Shown piece after piece: positions 1 to 13,445 of a DNA stretch of 64,000 bases. The position numbers were made by a program, and so were the translations under genes. Numbering within the stretch: position 1 is the first letter of the stretch; each line of letters opens with the position of its first letter. The DNA is taken from NCBI RefSeq assembly GCF_006345805.1, contig NC_043006.1:67084001-67148000 (forward strand), read 5' to 3'. The notes under the pieces were generated by a model, which saw only the letters and a program-made list of their open reading frames with translations, had not been told where the DNA came from and made no database searches. This DNA is from Octopus sinensis. Its lineage: Eukaryota.

Positions 1-95
1 TAGAGACAGAATATTTGGCGCACGTACAGGCGCGTATGTTTATGTGTGTTTGTAAAGACGTGAACGAGAGATATATTTTATTGTTATTATTATTA

Positions 96-139
<44 letters not shown>

Positions 140-494
140 GAAAGTTTTGGGCAGTATACCAAAAGTCCCAATTTTTCAAAACTAAAATCAGTTCATCTTG
201 AAAACCACACATACAAACGCTAAACGTGAATAAATACTGCTTGAAAAAGCCCTAGAATATTCACATATCCTACAATTGTTATTTTCTCGAATGTACCTCT
301 GGCTATCCTCAGAGGTAATTTGTCAGTGGCTTTCTAGACATTGTTATATGTCTTAAATTATCAATAGGATGAGTGGTCCATTCTGTGACAGCCAGATTTT
401 ATTCAATTGAGCAGTTTGGTCGGTGTGATTCCCCAAAGTTTTACTCGTTGCGACACACCGTTGTTGTTGTTGTTGTTTTGTATTGTCTTTTATC

Positions 495-802
495 CGTCAT
501 TTATTTTGGTTATTGGACTGTAAACATGCTAGGAGCACTGCTATGAAAGGCTTAATGAAACAAATCTAACTTAGTACTGATATTTCTTCTGCTTTTCTTT
601 TTTGCCGAATTCCTAGTTTACGAAGAATTAAACAAAATCGCATCGATTGTCAAACGGTGAAGGTGGCGGTAACAAATACAAACACAGTGATAAAGACCAC
701 AGACACACACGTGCGTATAGATAGATAGATAAATACATACATACTCACACACACACATATTCAATCACGCGCGCACACACACATGAATGTATATATATGT
801 GT

Positions 803-879
<77 letters not shown>

Positions 880-912
880 TATATACGAACATACGATATA
901 TCTATATACATA

Positions 913-956
<44 letters not shown>

Positions 957-1095
957 AATATACACATATATATTTAAGCATTTCAAAGTTTCCATTTTTT
1001 AAATTTTCCTCACAAGGCATCGGTAAGTCCGGAGCTATGGCAAAACTCTTCTGCCCAAGATGTGCAGTGGTGCCAAGCGAGCTCTTTAAACACCC
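495..1095 (-). mobile_element. Old diverged copy of SINE family A with internal (TA)/(CA) microsatellite
   Basis: Degenerate matches to both halves of family A (catgctaggagcactgc...tttttgccgaa; cacaaggc...ctgcccaagatgtgcagtgg) flank a TA tract. Confidence 0.6.
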
Positions 1096-1310
1096 CCTTT
1101 GCTTTTAAAGCCCACAGTATTTTCTCATTGTCATTTTCTGAAGCAAGAGAAGATTTTATCAATGTTTCTCAACCAGTTTTTAACCTTTGGACCTTTTCGA
1201 TTCCTATCTTACTCATTTGGGCGCCCAGGGCCATTTCATGTTGAAAAAATCCTCTTATAATTTTATAATTAGATATTATTTGCAATTGTATAAATACACT
1301 TGTTAACATG

Positions 1311-1670
1311 CAGGTTGCGGCAGGAGTAACGCCCTTTCATATATGTGTAATCTTTATAGTTTTCTACTTTCAGAAGAATGGTGCGCAACCTCACTATGGG
1401 TAAAACGTCCAGGAATGTTTAAATCTTAATTTTGAGGCGAGGTAGAAACTCTTTTACTTGTTTCAATCATGTGACTGTGGCCATGCTGGAGCACCGCCTT
1501 TAGTCGAGCACATCGACCCCCCAGGACTTATTCTTTGTAAGCCTAGTACTTATTCTATCGTTCTCTTTTGCCGAATCGCTAAGTTACGAGGACGTAAACA
1601 CACCAGCATCGGTTGTCAAGCGATGTTGGGGGGACAAACATAGACACAAAAATATATACACACATACACA

Positions 1671-1705
<35 letters not shown>

Positions 1706-1709
1706 AAAC

Positions 1710-1780
<71 letters not shown>

Positions 1781-2361
1781 TACAACGAGGTTCTTTCAAT
1801 TTCCGTCTACGAAATCCACTAACAAGGCTTTGGTTGGCCCGAGGCTATAGTAGAAGACACTTGCCCATCGTGCCACGCAGTGGTACTGAACCCGGAGCCA
1901 TGTAGTTCGCAAGCATACTACTTACCGCACAGACACTGAAACACATAGGACAACATGGAGTAAAACGTCACCTGACGTTTTCTTGTGGGTGTATTGGATG
2001 ATCTTGAATTCATGAATTAAACCAAGAAATTTCTGGTAAATTTTCTGCAATTAACGTGGAAATGTATAAAAAGGTTTGTAAAAATATTGCTTGTAGTGTT
2101 CAGCAGTGTTCAGAAAACGAAGGGGAGCGTTTTGGTCATGTTAATTAAATTTTATATCATAATGAATTACGTTATTCTGATGGAGCAATATTTAATAAAT
2201 TTCTTAAAACTGCTGTAATATGTATTCATTCATTGTTTTTTTTTTTTCATTTCATTAACTAGTGCAATAAATTTTTGCATAAGAAAAAAATTACTAAATG
2301 AAAAAAGTTTTGTACTATAAAAGTTACTAAATAAAATAGGAGCTACTTCTGCCGCACTCTG
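1311..2361 (+). mobile_element. Decayed, internally deleted Tc1/mariner-superfamily element (DD41D/rosa-like C-terminus), interrupted by a SINE
   Basis: TIRs are CAGGTTGCGGCAGGAGTAAC (1311-1330) and GCTACTTCTGCCGCACTCTG+TA (2342-2363). Residual peptide at ~1955-2148 reads SPDVFLW...INVEMYKKVCKNIACSVQQCSENEGERFGHVN*, resembling WPPRSPDL..DFFLWG...G.HFEH transposase ends. Confidence 0.6.
1450..1937 (-). mobile_element. tRNA-derived SINE family A (head, CTTGGGCAAGT-type core, internal microsatellite, conserved 3' half)
   Basis: The minus strand has a box A/B-like head (GTGCGGTAAG...GGTTCAGTACC), then GGGCAAGTGTCTTCTACTATAGCC, then (TA)n(TG)n, then a tail ending GGTGCTCCAGCATGGCCACAGTC...GAAACAAGTAAAAG. 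About 12 copies occur in the window. Confidence 0.85.
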
Positions 2362-2399
2362 TATTGTAGAAGTGCAAACCAATTTATTGCAGATAAATT

Positions 2400-3397
2400 T
2401 TAACAGCAAAATCTTACACGTCTGAAAGATGAAAAGGTGGCAACTATGTGTGTAACCGATAAACCCCGTTCTGGCCGTCCGTCCGCTTCTGTGAATCCTG
2501 CCAATAAAGCAAAAGCAGATGTTCTGATTAGAGAAGACAGATGAGTTGGCAGAAAATCTCGAAGTGAGCCATGGAAGTGCTTACAACATTGTCGGATCAC
2601 TTGGCTTTTCAAAAGTGTATGCCCGTTGGGTACCGAGAGAGCTGACTACCGAATGCAAGACTGACAGGGTCATCGCCTGCACTGAACTTCTCGAACAAAG
2701 TCAAAGAGACAACACCTTCTTCCGAATGCTCGTAATGGGTGATGAAACATGGATTCATCATTATGAACTGGAATCAAAGCGGCAGTCAATGGAATGGCGC
2801 CACTTTACGTCACCATCACCGAAAAAGTTCAAGACTCAAAAGTCAGCTGGAAAAATCTCTTGGGATGCTCAAGGTGTCATTCTGTTCGATTTTTTACCAA
2901 AAAGGGAAAACAATAAAGTTTGAGGCCTACATTGAGATCCTGACGAGGCTCAGAGCAAGAATCCGACGTGTAAGACCCAACTTGCCAATTGACAGTGACA
3001 ATGCTCGACCACACACAAACATCAGGACAAGGGAGACAACATTCGGGTGGACAACATTACCGCATCGTCCATACTCACCAGATTTAGCGCCTTCAGGCTA
3101 TCATCCCTTGAGCCCCATGAAAGAGGGTTTGAGAGGTGAACATTATTCCAGTGACGAGGAAGTGAAAACTGTAGTGAAGAAGTGGCTCAAAGAACAGTCA
3201 ACAGAATTTTACGGGCAGGGATACATGCTCTAATTCGAAGGTAGAACATTGCTATTGAGAGAAACGGGGACTATGTTGAGAAGTAGAGAAGTGATCCACA
3301 GAGGACCAGCTTTATTTTGATGTATGATACATGTTCCAGTGGTGGTAATTATACCTGTCCTAAACAAAATGGCATTACTTTTTGACTCACCCTCGTA
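2400..3397 (+). mobile_element. mariner (DD34D) transposase pseudogene with 3' TIR, 5' end missing
   Basis: Motifs PRSGRP, WVPREL, MGDETWIHHY...SMEW, DNARPH and PYSPDLAPSGYH (third D changed to G), with frameshifts. Ends in TIR ATTACTTTTTGACTCACCCTCG+TA (3397). Confidence 0.92.
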
Positions 3398-3788
3398 GAT
3401 CAGTTTGGCTACTTTCATTACATCCCCAAGAATATTCTGTCAGATTTAGTTTAGCTTATCGTGATAAAATATAATCTATTGTTCCAGGAAATCCACATCA
3501 TAGATGGAATATGTCATCTATGGCCATTCCTTTCAATAGTGATGGCTTAATTCTTCGTTATCATGAATGTTGATATTTATTTTCTCCACGCTGAAGCTGG
3601 AGTCGTCCATCTGGGGAAAAATAAGCGATGTTTTGTTAAGAGAGTCTATTCCGCAGAAGTACTGGCCATGTGAAGTCATATGTGATCTGATGTTTAAATA
3701 GAACCGCCTCCCACTCACTCTCTACGAATGTGAGTGTTACACACGTTGTGCAGTTGCGTTCTCTGAGAAGATTTCGTTATTGACCTTA

Positions 3789-3801
3789 TCAATCCTCATC
3801 G

Positions 3802-3839
<38 letters not shown>

Positions 3840-4198
3840 GTCATCGCCGTCGTCGTCGTCATCACCATCATCATAATCATCAATCACTACCATCACAATC
3901 GTCCACTTAGACACCATCATTCTTGACATCATTATCATCATCATCACAATCATCATCATCATTATCATTATCGTCATCACCATCGTCGTAATCATTATCC
4001 TCATAACCATTGTCATCATCATTGCCAACATCCCCAACGTTATCGTCGTCATCCTCATCACCAGCATCATCGTTCTCATCACTATCAAAATCGTCATCAT
4101 CGTCCTCATCATCATCATCATCATCATCATCGTCATCATCATCATCGTCATCATCGTCGTCATCATCATCATCATCATCATCATCGTCATCATCGTCC

Positions 4199-4239
<41 letters not shown>

Positions 4240-4450
4240 GTCATCATCGTCATCATCATCATCATCATCTTCATCATCATCATCATCATCGTCATCATCA
4301 TCAACAACATCATCATCATCATCATCATCATCGTCATCATCGTCGTCATCATCGTCATCCTCATCATCTCCATAACCATCATCATCATCATCATCGTCGT
4401 CATCACCATTACCACCATCATCATCAGCATCATCACCGTCGTCGTCGTCA
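3789..4450. repeat. (ATC/GTC)n trinucleotide microsatellite
   Basis: Directly visible; gives poly-D/S/M ORFs. Confidence 0.95.
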
Positions 4451-4499
4451 AAACAATTTAGTGACGTGGGACAATGACAGAAATACAAGCGTCCAACTA

Positions 4500-5980
4500 T
4501 GACCACTACCACAACACCGACACTTCCATTTTTGTGTCGCCAACCACACAACAACTGCAACGGCAACTACAACAATAACATGATATCTTATACCACATTT
4601 GAGTCTACAAAGTCTTCAATAGCACCTTGATGTTTGTACCATTACCACTACTACCAAAACTACAGCGTCTACATGCTTTTATCACCACTACAACCACCAC
4701 AGCCAATACACTATGTTCTTGATGATTGTACTACCACCGTTACGATGAAAACACTAACATTTTGGTGTACCACTAACTCTACTGTCACCAGCACTACAAC
4801 GGCAACTACACCAAGGTCTTGACGTACCACTAACTGTACTATCGCCAACGCCACAACAACCATAATACTATCCTCTTGTACCAATATTATGACCAAAGTC
4901 ACTACTATCACCGGAACTGCTACAACTATAACACTAACATCGTGATGTTCTACTATCACCACTACCAAAACTAGCACAATAAGTATACCGACAATCTGGT
5001 TGATGTACCCCTACTACTACAACCTTAGCAGTAACTACTACAACCTTAGCAGTCTTGTTGTATCACTACCACTACCACTACCTCTATTAGTGCCTATACT
5101 ACAAGAAGATCTATAGTAACCTCTTGATGTACATCTACTATCGTCACCACTACTACAGTCTTATCAGTAACGTCTTGTTCTACCACTAAAATCACCACTA
5201 CCAGTACTACCGTCAAAACTACAACAATAACTATACCAGCATCTTGATTGATATACCACTATAACTACAACCTTAACTGTAACGTCTCGTACCACTACCA
5301 TAGTCACTACCTCTACTAGTGCCTAAACTACAGGAAGACCTATAGTAACATCTTGATGTGGCTCTACTGTCGTCACCGCTACTACAACTTTAACGCTAAC
5401 GTCTTGTTCTGCCACTAAAATCACCACTAACTGTACTAGAGCAAAAAACTACAACAATAACTAAACCAACATCATTTACCGCTGCTGTCATCGCCACAAC
5501 TATAGCAAGCACACTGTGGCACTCCGTCGGTTACGACGACGAGGGTTCCAGTTGATCTGATCGATAAAACAGCCTGCTCATGAAAATAATGTGCAAGTGG
5601 CTGAGCACTCCTCAGACACGTGTACCCTTAACGTAGATCTTGGGGCGATTCAGCGTGATACAGAGTATGACAACCCTTTGAAATAGAAGTACAACAGAAA
5701 CAAGAAGAGAGAGTAAGAGAAAGTTGTGGGGAAAGAGAACAGTAGGGTTCGCCATCAACCCCTACCGGAGCCTCGTGGAGCTTCAGGTGTTTTTGCTCAA
5801 TACAATCTCACAACGCTCGGTCTGAGAATCGAAACCGTGATCGAGTCCGCTGCGCTAACCACTGGTCCATTGCGCATCCATAAGAGCACACTAACGTCTT
5901 GTTGTACTTCCACCGTCACCACTACCACTACTAGCGCCTAAACTACAAGAACGACTCTAGCAACATCTTGATGTACCAGT
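4500..5980. repeat. Degenerate ACT-rich minisatellite with ~229-bp higher-order unit
   Basis: Subunits resemble AACATCTTGATGTACCACTAC. CCTCTA(T/C)TAGTGCCTA(T/A)ACTACA recurs at 5081 and 5310, and partly at ~5930. Confidence 0.7.
5518..5880 (-). mobile_element. tRNA-derived SINE family C
   Basis: Reverse complement of the 54999-55381 copy; possible TSD AGCACACT at 5508-5515 and 5885-5892. Confidence 0.85.
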
Positions 5981-6060
5981 AAACCTTACACCAGACTTCA
6001 TCAAACCGACATCTCGACCGTAATAACGTGGGCAAATATGTGTGAAAACCTCAGACTGAA

Positions 6061-6880
6061 GGGGCGTGTGTGTGTGCGTGTGTGTGTGTGTGTGCGTGTG
6101 TGTGTGTGTGTGTGGTGTGTGTGTGTGCGCGCGCGCGCGCGTTGTATTTATAGACTGGTCGGAGTGGAGTGAGGGAGCGAAAGGGAGAGTCGGTGGTGGA
6201 GTTAAAGGAAATAGGTTAGAGATCAGGATAAGGTAGAACGTAGTTAGTGAAAGTTGGTGATGGTAGTGGTCGTGGTGGTGGTGGCGGTGGTTGTGGTGGT
6301 GGTGGTGGTGGTTTTTGGCGGTGATTGTAGTGATGGTGCTGATGGTGGTGATGGTTTTGGTGGTGGTGTTGGTGGCGATGGTGGAGGTGGTTTTTTCGGT
6401 GCTGGTGGTGGTGGTGCTGGTGCGGGTTTTGGTGGTGGTGTGATGCTGTTACTGGTGCTGGTGCTGGTGATTTTAGTGGTGGTGGTGGTGTTAGTGGTGG
6501 TGGTGGTGGTTGTGGTGGTGTTAGTGGTGGTGGTGGTGGTGGTGGTGGTGTGGTGGTGGTGGTGATTAGGTAAAGATATTGATATCGTTGATGACGCTGG
6601 TGGTGTAGATACGTGCAACGGTAGTGAAGGAGGAGGGGCTTGTGATAATGGCAGTGGTGGTGGAGATGGTGTCGGTAACGGTGGAGAAGCTACAAGTAGT
6701 GGTGTGTTAGCATTGGCGGTAGTAGTGGTAAATGGTGGCATTACTACTACTACTACTACTACTACTACTACACTTACTACTACTACTACACCTACTACAC
6801 TTACTACTACTACTACTACTACTACCACTACTACTACCACTACTACTACTATTGCTGCTGCTGCTGCTACTATTACTGCT
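6061..6880. repeat. (TG)n(CG)n, (GGT)n and (TAC)n microsatellites
   Basis: Directly visible. Confidence 0.9.
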
Positions 6881-7024
6881 ATCATTGTTATCTGTCTGTA
6901 TGCTATATTTCATAGCAAGAGTTCAACATGCTGGAATGACGTGGCTTCGGTACGTCGTATAAGTTTTATTTTTCTAACATGACGTCATCGTGTTTGTTTT
7001 GTACTGTTGCTGTCGACTTCGTTA

Positions 7025-7029
7025 CACGT

Positions 7030-7061
<32 letters not shown>

Positions 7062-8075
7062 ACACACACACGCGCGCAGACTGGCACATAATCACACGAG
7101 TACAGACACACAGGATCACGCACACAAAGGTGCGCACACACGAGTGTGCAAACAAACATACGCACGCACACACACACACACACACACACGTACATAGGTA
7201 CACACAGACACACACACATGCGTACGCATACATGCACACACACATACACACACACTGGCACATAAGCACACGAGCAGCTCCACAGTCACACACCTGCGCA
7301 CACACAGCTAAGCAAACAAACATACACACGCACAAACGTGCACGCACGCACGTACATATGTACACACACACACATAAAAATACACAAACGCACACACACA
7401 GGTACGCACACACAACTGGGCACACACACGCACACACACACACGTACGTACACACATGAACGCGCGTACGCATACACATATACACACACATTCACTTGCA
7501 TACGTACGTACGCACACAAACACACACACACATACGTACACACACACATACGCATAGACACGCACATACACACATGCACAAACACATACTAGCACGCACA
7601 CACAAGTGTGCAGAAACACACCCACATGTACGTACATCCATGCACACGCGTATGCACACACAGATACACACACATACACACATACACATACACACGTGCA
7701 TACGCGCATACACACACACGTACATACGTACACAAACGTACGCATACACACACATAAACGCATACACAAACACACACACACAGAGGCATGCACGCACATG
7801 TATGCGCACAAACACGCACATACGTTTGCGCGCCGCGCGCACGCACATATACACACACATACAGATACACACGCACGCACACACACGTATATACGTACGC
7901 ACATACATACACACATACACAAACACACCCACAGGCACGCACCCACACACACAGGTACGTGCACCCACGCACGCATACATACACGCACGCACACACGTAC
8001 GTACACATACGCAGGCGCGTACGCACACACATATACACACATACGTACGCACGCTCATACACACAAGCACACACT
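7025..8075. repeat. ~1-kb cryptic alternating purine-pyrimidine (CA/CG/TA) tract
   Basis: Nearly continuous RY alternation with variable dinucleotides. Confidence 0.9.
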
Positions 8076-8290
8076 GTCCTTATTACACAAAATTCTATGT
8101 GGATTGACAAACAAAATATTAAGTACTCAATACACCATATTCTGCGATTAATTATGATTCAGTCCTGTTTTTCTCTTGAATGGCGATTATATTCTATTAT
8201 TTAGGTGTTCTTCATCTGTTGAGATATGTTGACAATTTGCGTCTAAGCATGCGCAAGGTGAAATGTCAATAATTTAGGACGTCAGGCTAA

Positions 8291-9047
8291 GGTGGCGAGC
8301 TGGCAGAAACCTTAGCACGCCGGGCGAAATGCTTAGCGGTATTTCGTCTGCCGGTACCTTCTGAGTTCAAATTCTGCCGAAGTCGACTTTGCCTTTCATC
8401 CTTTCGGGATCGATAAATTAAGTACCAGTTACGCACTGGGGTCGATATAATTGACTTAATCCGTTTGTCCTCTCTGTGTTTTAGCCCTTTGTGGGTAGTA
8501 AAGAAATAGGTATTTCGTCTACCGCTACGTTCTGAGTTCAAATTCCGCCGAGGTCGACTTTTCCTTTCGTCCTTTCGGGGTCGATAAACCAAGTACCAGT
8601 TACGCTCTGAGGTCGATGTAATCGACTTAATCCCTTTGGCTGTCCTTGTTTGTTCCCTCTATGTTTAGTTCCCTGTGGGCAATAACCAAATAGGTATTTC
8701 GTCTGCCGTTACACTCTGAGTTCAAATTCCGCCGAGGTCGACTTTGCCTTTCATCCTTTCAGGTTCGATTAAGTAAGTACCAGTTACGCACTGGGGTCGA
8801 GATGATCGACTTAATCTCTTTGTCCTTGTTTGTCCCCTCTATGTTTAGTCCCCTGTGGGCAATAAAGAAATAAGAAACGTTAGCACGCCTGTATTTACGT
8901 TCTGAGTACAAATTCCGCCGAGGTCGACTTTGCCTTTCATCCTTCCAGGTTCGATGAATTAAGTACCAGTTACGTACTGGAGTCGATCTGATCGACTGCC
9001 CACCCACCCCCAAAAATGGGGCCTCGTGCCTTGAAGAGAAACGAATA
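8291..9047 (+). mobile_element. Tetrameric array of SINE family B inside one 16-bp TSD
   Basis: Single head GGCGAGCTGGCAGAAAC..., followed by four GAGTTCAAATTCCGCCGAGGTCGACTTTGCCTTTCATCC...AGTACCAG units with junctions at ~8508, ~8692 and ~8872. TSD TAGGACGTCRGGCTAA at 8275-8290 and 9048-9063. Confidence 0.9.
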
Positions 9048-9149
9048 TAGGACGTCGGGCTAATGTTTCACCGCATCCATGTACTCATGAATATACAGAT
9101 CAACAGCAAAGTTTTTATGCTCTTAACCTGGCTCCTTGTATATTTGATT

Positions 9150-9960
9150 ATAATTAACTTGGAGAAGTTTTTCAACCTTCCAACATTTGGACTTTTTGTA
9201 GTTCTTGGGCTTATTAAGAATATAACATTCCCAGTAATTCGTGGCCACAAATTTTGGAATTATCAATATTTGCCTTATTTTGGTTCAGTTTATCACAAAG
9301 GATGCTGAAAGTGTTAATAATCACATCTATTCCATAGATAGTTCTAAGTAGCTGCGACGCTCCCCTGTTCTGCATTTGGGAAATGAGAAACGTTGTTGTA
9401 GTAGCGATGTTTGAAATTTCCTTCACTCATGTCTATGTAGTGTTGTGGAATGATGTCATTATTCCTGTTACTAATGAGATAGATCACACTGTAACCCTTT
9501 ATAGTTATAGTTACAGCGCATGTACCTAATGTAATTTTTTTTAGAAGGTTGATACAATCTTTTGCATAGATATTTATATATCGGTTGTGCAAATGCTGAA
9601 GTATTTGATTCTCAATTGTGTTACTGTTGAATAACTTCTGCCGTCTGTAATGTAAGGAAACGCTTCTCTTTTTTCTTTTGTCAATGAGTTTCACAAATAC
9701 GTCTTTTCTAAACAGGTTTAGACATTTGGAGGGAAGGATATATTAAATTTTGAAGACTCTTGTTTGTTGGTATAGTGGGGGAACTTGGGTGGGAAGGTAG
9801 TCATAATATGGAATCCACTATTCCTTAGGCCATTGCTGTAATAGATTTCTTTGTTTGGAGATGAATGAGAAATTATTTTGTTTACGTTAATTAGCTTTTT
9901 TGAAAACGCCGAAGAGTAATTAATATCATATTTGTTTATACGTTACAACGATTGAGAAAG
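9150..9960 (-). mobile_element. Degenerate Penelope-like element (linker + GIY-YIG region)
   Basis: Peptides SSPNKEIY..SNGLRNSGF, KLIDK, and SVIY...HYIDMSEGNFKHRYYNN...ICGHELL, parallel to the 36647-37342 endonuclease. Confidence 0.7.
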
Positions 9961-10550
9961 GATTTAGATTTATTACGAAAATGTTTCATTAATTAAGCAA
10001 TTGAAACAAATAACATGCAAACATGTTCCAGATATGGTTTATACTAGTTGTACGAACAGATATCAACGGACGTTAATATTTAAAGAAGGGAGCCAAAATT
10101 TCATCAAATGAAATTGTCTTGTTCAGTGTCCTGTACTTGTGAACTATCTCCAGCAATCCCTGTCCGACCTGAAAAGGCCCAGGCCCCTCTCTGCAATCGT
10201 TAATTTGATCAGTGGAACTTCGGTTACGATGATCAGACTTAGGATGAACACTGCAGGTTTCCCGTGGCCTTCTCCATGTATATGGGATTTGAATCCAGAA
10301 TGTAAAGGGGCCGAATATACCGTAGAGTGTTTCCGCCAACGCACCAATAATTTTACCACTCTCACAGTGAAGATGAAATGAAGTGTTTTGCTAAAGAATA
10401 CAACTCCTCATTCCATCCAGGAAACGAACTCACGATCTCGCATCTGTGATTGCAACACCCCTAACCACGCACCTTCACCAACTAAAATTAAATACTAAAA
10501 ATAGTTGACAATAAATCCATGGGCAGAAAATCCGAAATTCATGTCCATAG

Positions 10551-11814
10551 ATTTATAGGTCATCCCATAAATAATGCAGTTTTTTATACTATCTTTTCAA
10601 TTTATAGGTCATCCCATAAATAATGCAGTTTTTTATACTATCTTTTCAAAATTAACATAAACAAAATTCTTTTCTACGCTCCTTCATTTTCTACAATCCT
10701 CTTCTATCTATCTGGTTGACTTGCATGGACCCTCTTCTAAAATTCACTTGTCCATCAATAATAATACACCTCAAGTACAGTTCTGACCTCGTCTACAGAA
10801 TTCATATTTTCTCCTTCCAAATGATTCGAGGACTGCGGAATAAATGATGATCAGAAGGGGCAATGTCAAGCGAAAATGGCGGGTGGGGCATTGTTTCCCA
10901 TTCAAACTGCTCCAGCCTTTCGAATATCATCTTTCGTCTTGAAACCAAAGATGGTCGTTTTTCTTCTAACGATTAAGCCGCTTAAGCTGCTCGTAGTAGA
11001 TCTCCTTTGTTATCGTTTGGTTTGATTTTAAAAGTTCTAAGAGGACTAAACCTTTCATGTCCTACCAAACAGATAAGAACACCTTATGTGAGTGAAGACG
11101 TTCCTTAGCCTGGAATGCCGGTGTTCATCCTTTCCCTACCCACTATCTTCGCCTCTTGACATTTTTATAGAGAGCCCGTTTCTCGTCACCAGTCACTATT
11201 CGGTCCCCAAACTAGTTTCATTCCTGAGATGTGACAGCAAAGAAGAGAACACATTTACTCTCAGATTCGAAAACTTTCTGAGGAACCCATTGACCCAATT
11301 TTCTAACTTTTCCGATGGCACGCAGTTGTTGATGAATAGTTGAATGACTAAATAGGTTCTCTGCTAGTTCCTCAAAAGTTACGATGGGATTTTATTCCCC
11401 CAGGGTTTTCAGGACGTCCTCGTCGAGCTCTACAGATCTTTCAGCGTGAGGCTCATCTTCTAGGCTGTAGTTTCCGTCTCAGAATTTCTGGAACCACCAT
11501 TGACACTGGCTTACGCTTATTGTCCGATCCCCATATACTGCATTAATATTCCTCGCACTTTCCGATGCGTTGTTGTCTTTATTGAACTCAAAGTATAATT
11601 TCCCGAATATGTTCCTTTGTCACCACCATTATAGCTTTGAAAAACCCACTGTTAAGATCAAATTGCACTCTTCAAAACTTGCACTAAGAATAAGCACGAG
11701 GTTAAATTACTGCCTGCTGTTATAGCAACTTGATGCAGGTAGTTTATCCAGTCCCTCTCCAACTTTTAGTTTATGCAGTTGAGAAAACTGCATTATTTAT
11801 GGGATGAACCAATA
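10551..11814 (-). mobile_element. Near full-length decayed mariner (Mos1/Hsmar1-like) with both TIRs
   Basis: TIR GG(T)TCATCCCATAAATAATGCAGTTTT at 10558 and 10607, with its complement at 11784-11812+TA. Transposase from ATG 11629 reads MVVTKEHIR...ARNINAVYGDRTISVSQCQWWFQKF*DGNYSLEDEP, then WVP and VTGDEK, with stops and frameshifts. Confidence 0.9.
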
Positions 11815-12439
11815 TTTTCCCCGCCCACTATTCCCGTCAAGGATCGTGGATCGTTGATGTGGAGTCCACAGGAACCGCCTACCTAAGGTCCTCTTTTTAA
11901 AACGACCGACATTACACTTTCTAGCTTCATACTCAAGCCTGACAAACTGATACTATGGTTATTATCCAGCTATCCCTTTATTGCCCTCTCTCCCTACATC
12001 TGTCAATCCAGCCACCAAACAGGGGACATAAATTTAAATTAGTTTTAAAATTATAGGGCGGCATTTGGCAGCACGTTTTATGTTTGGTAAGTACTGTAGC
12101 AATTATGCAAACCTCCTCAGATGTTTACACACTGTAACGGGTAAGTGAGTAGAGATTAGAACGACTTTGCGAGGAGACAATTAAATTTGATAATAATTCA
12201 CTGATAATTGGATTACAAATAATTACGTAATAGTCTCTAGCTGAGACACGAAGCCCCAAACGTGTGTGTGTATGTATGTGTGTGTATGTATGTGTGTGTA
12301 TGGGTGTATGTGTGCGTGTATGTGTGTATGCCTATTTATAGAAACGCATATATATGTAGAGATATATGCGTGTACAAATGTACAAATCGAGATAGACAAA
12401 TAGACAGACAAAATACAGAGATAGACAGATAGAGAAACA

Positions 12440-13445
<1,006 letters not shown>

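Noticed and set aside
6244-6885. Pro/Thr-rich or Gly-rich structural protein
   Set aside because: Degenerate GGT/TAC repeats with no splice or signal-peptide support.
8291-9047. CRISPR-like repeat array (also 28550-28915)
   Set aside because: Eukaryotic context, and the units are SINE bodies or minisatellite with no unique spacers.
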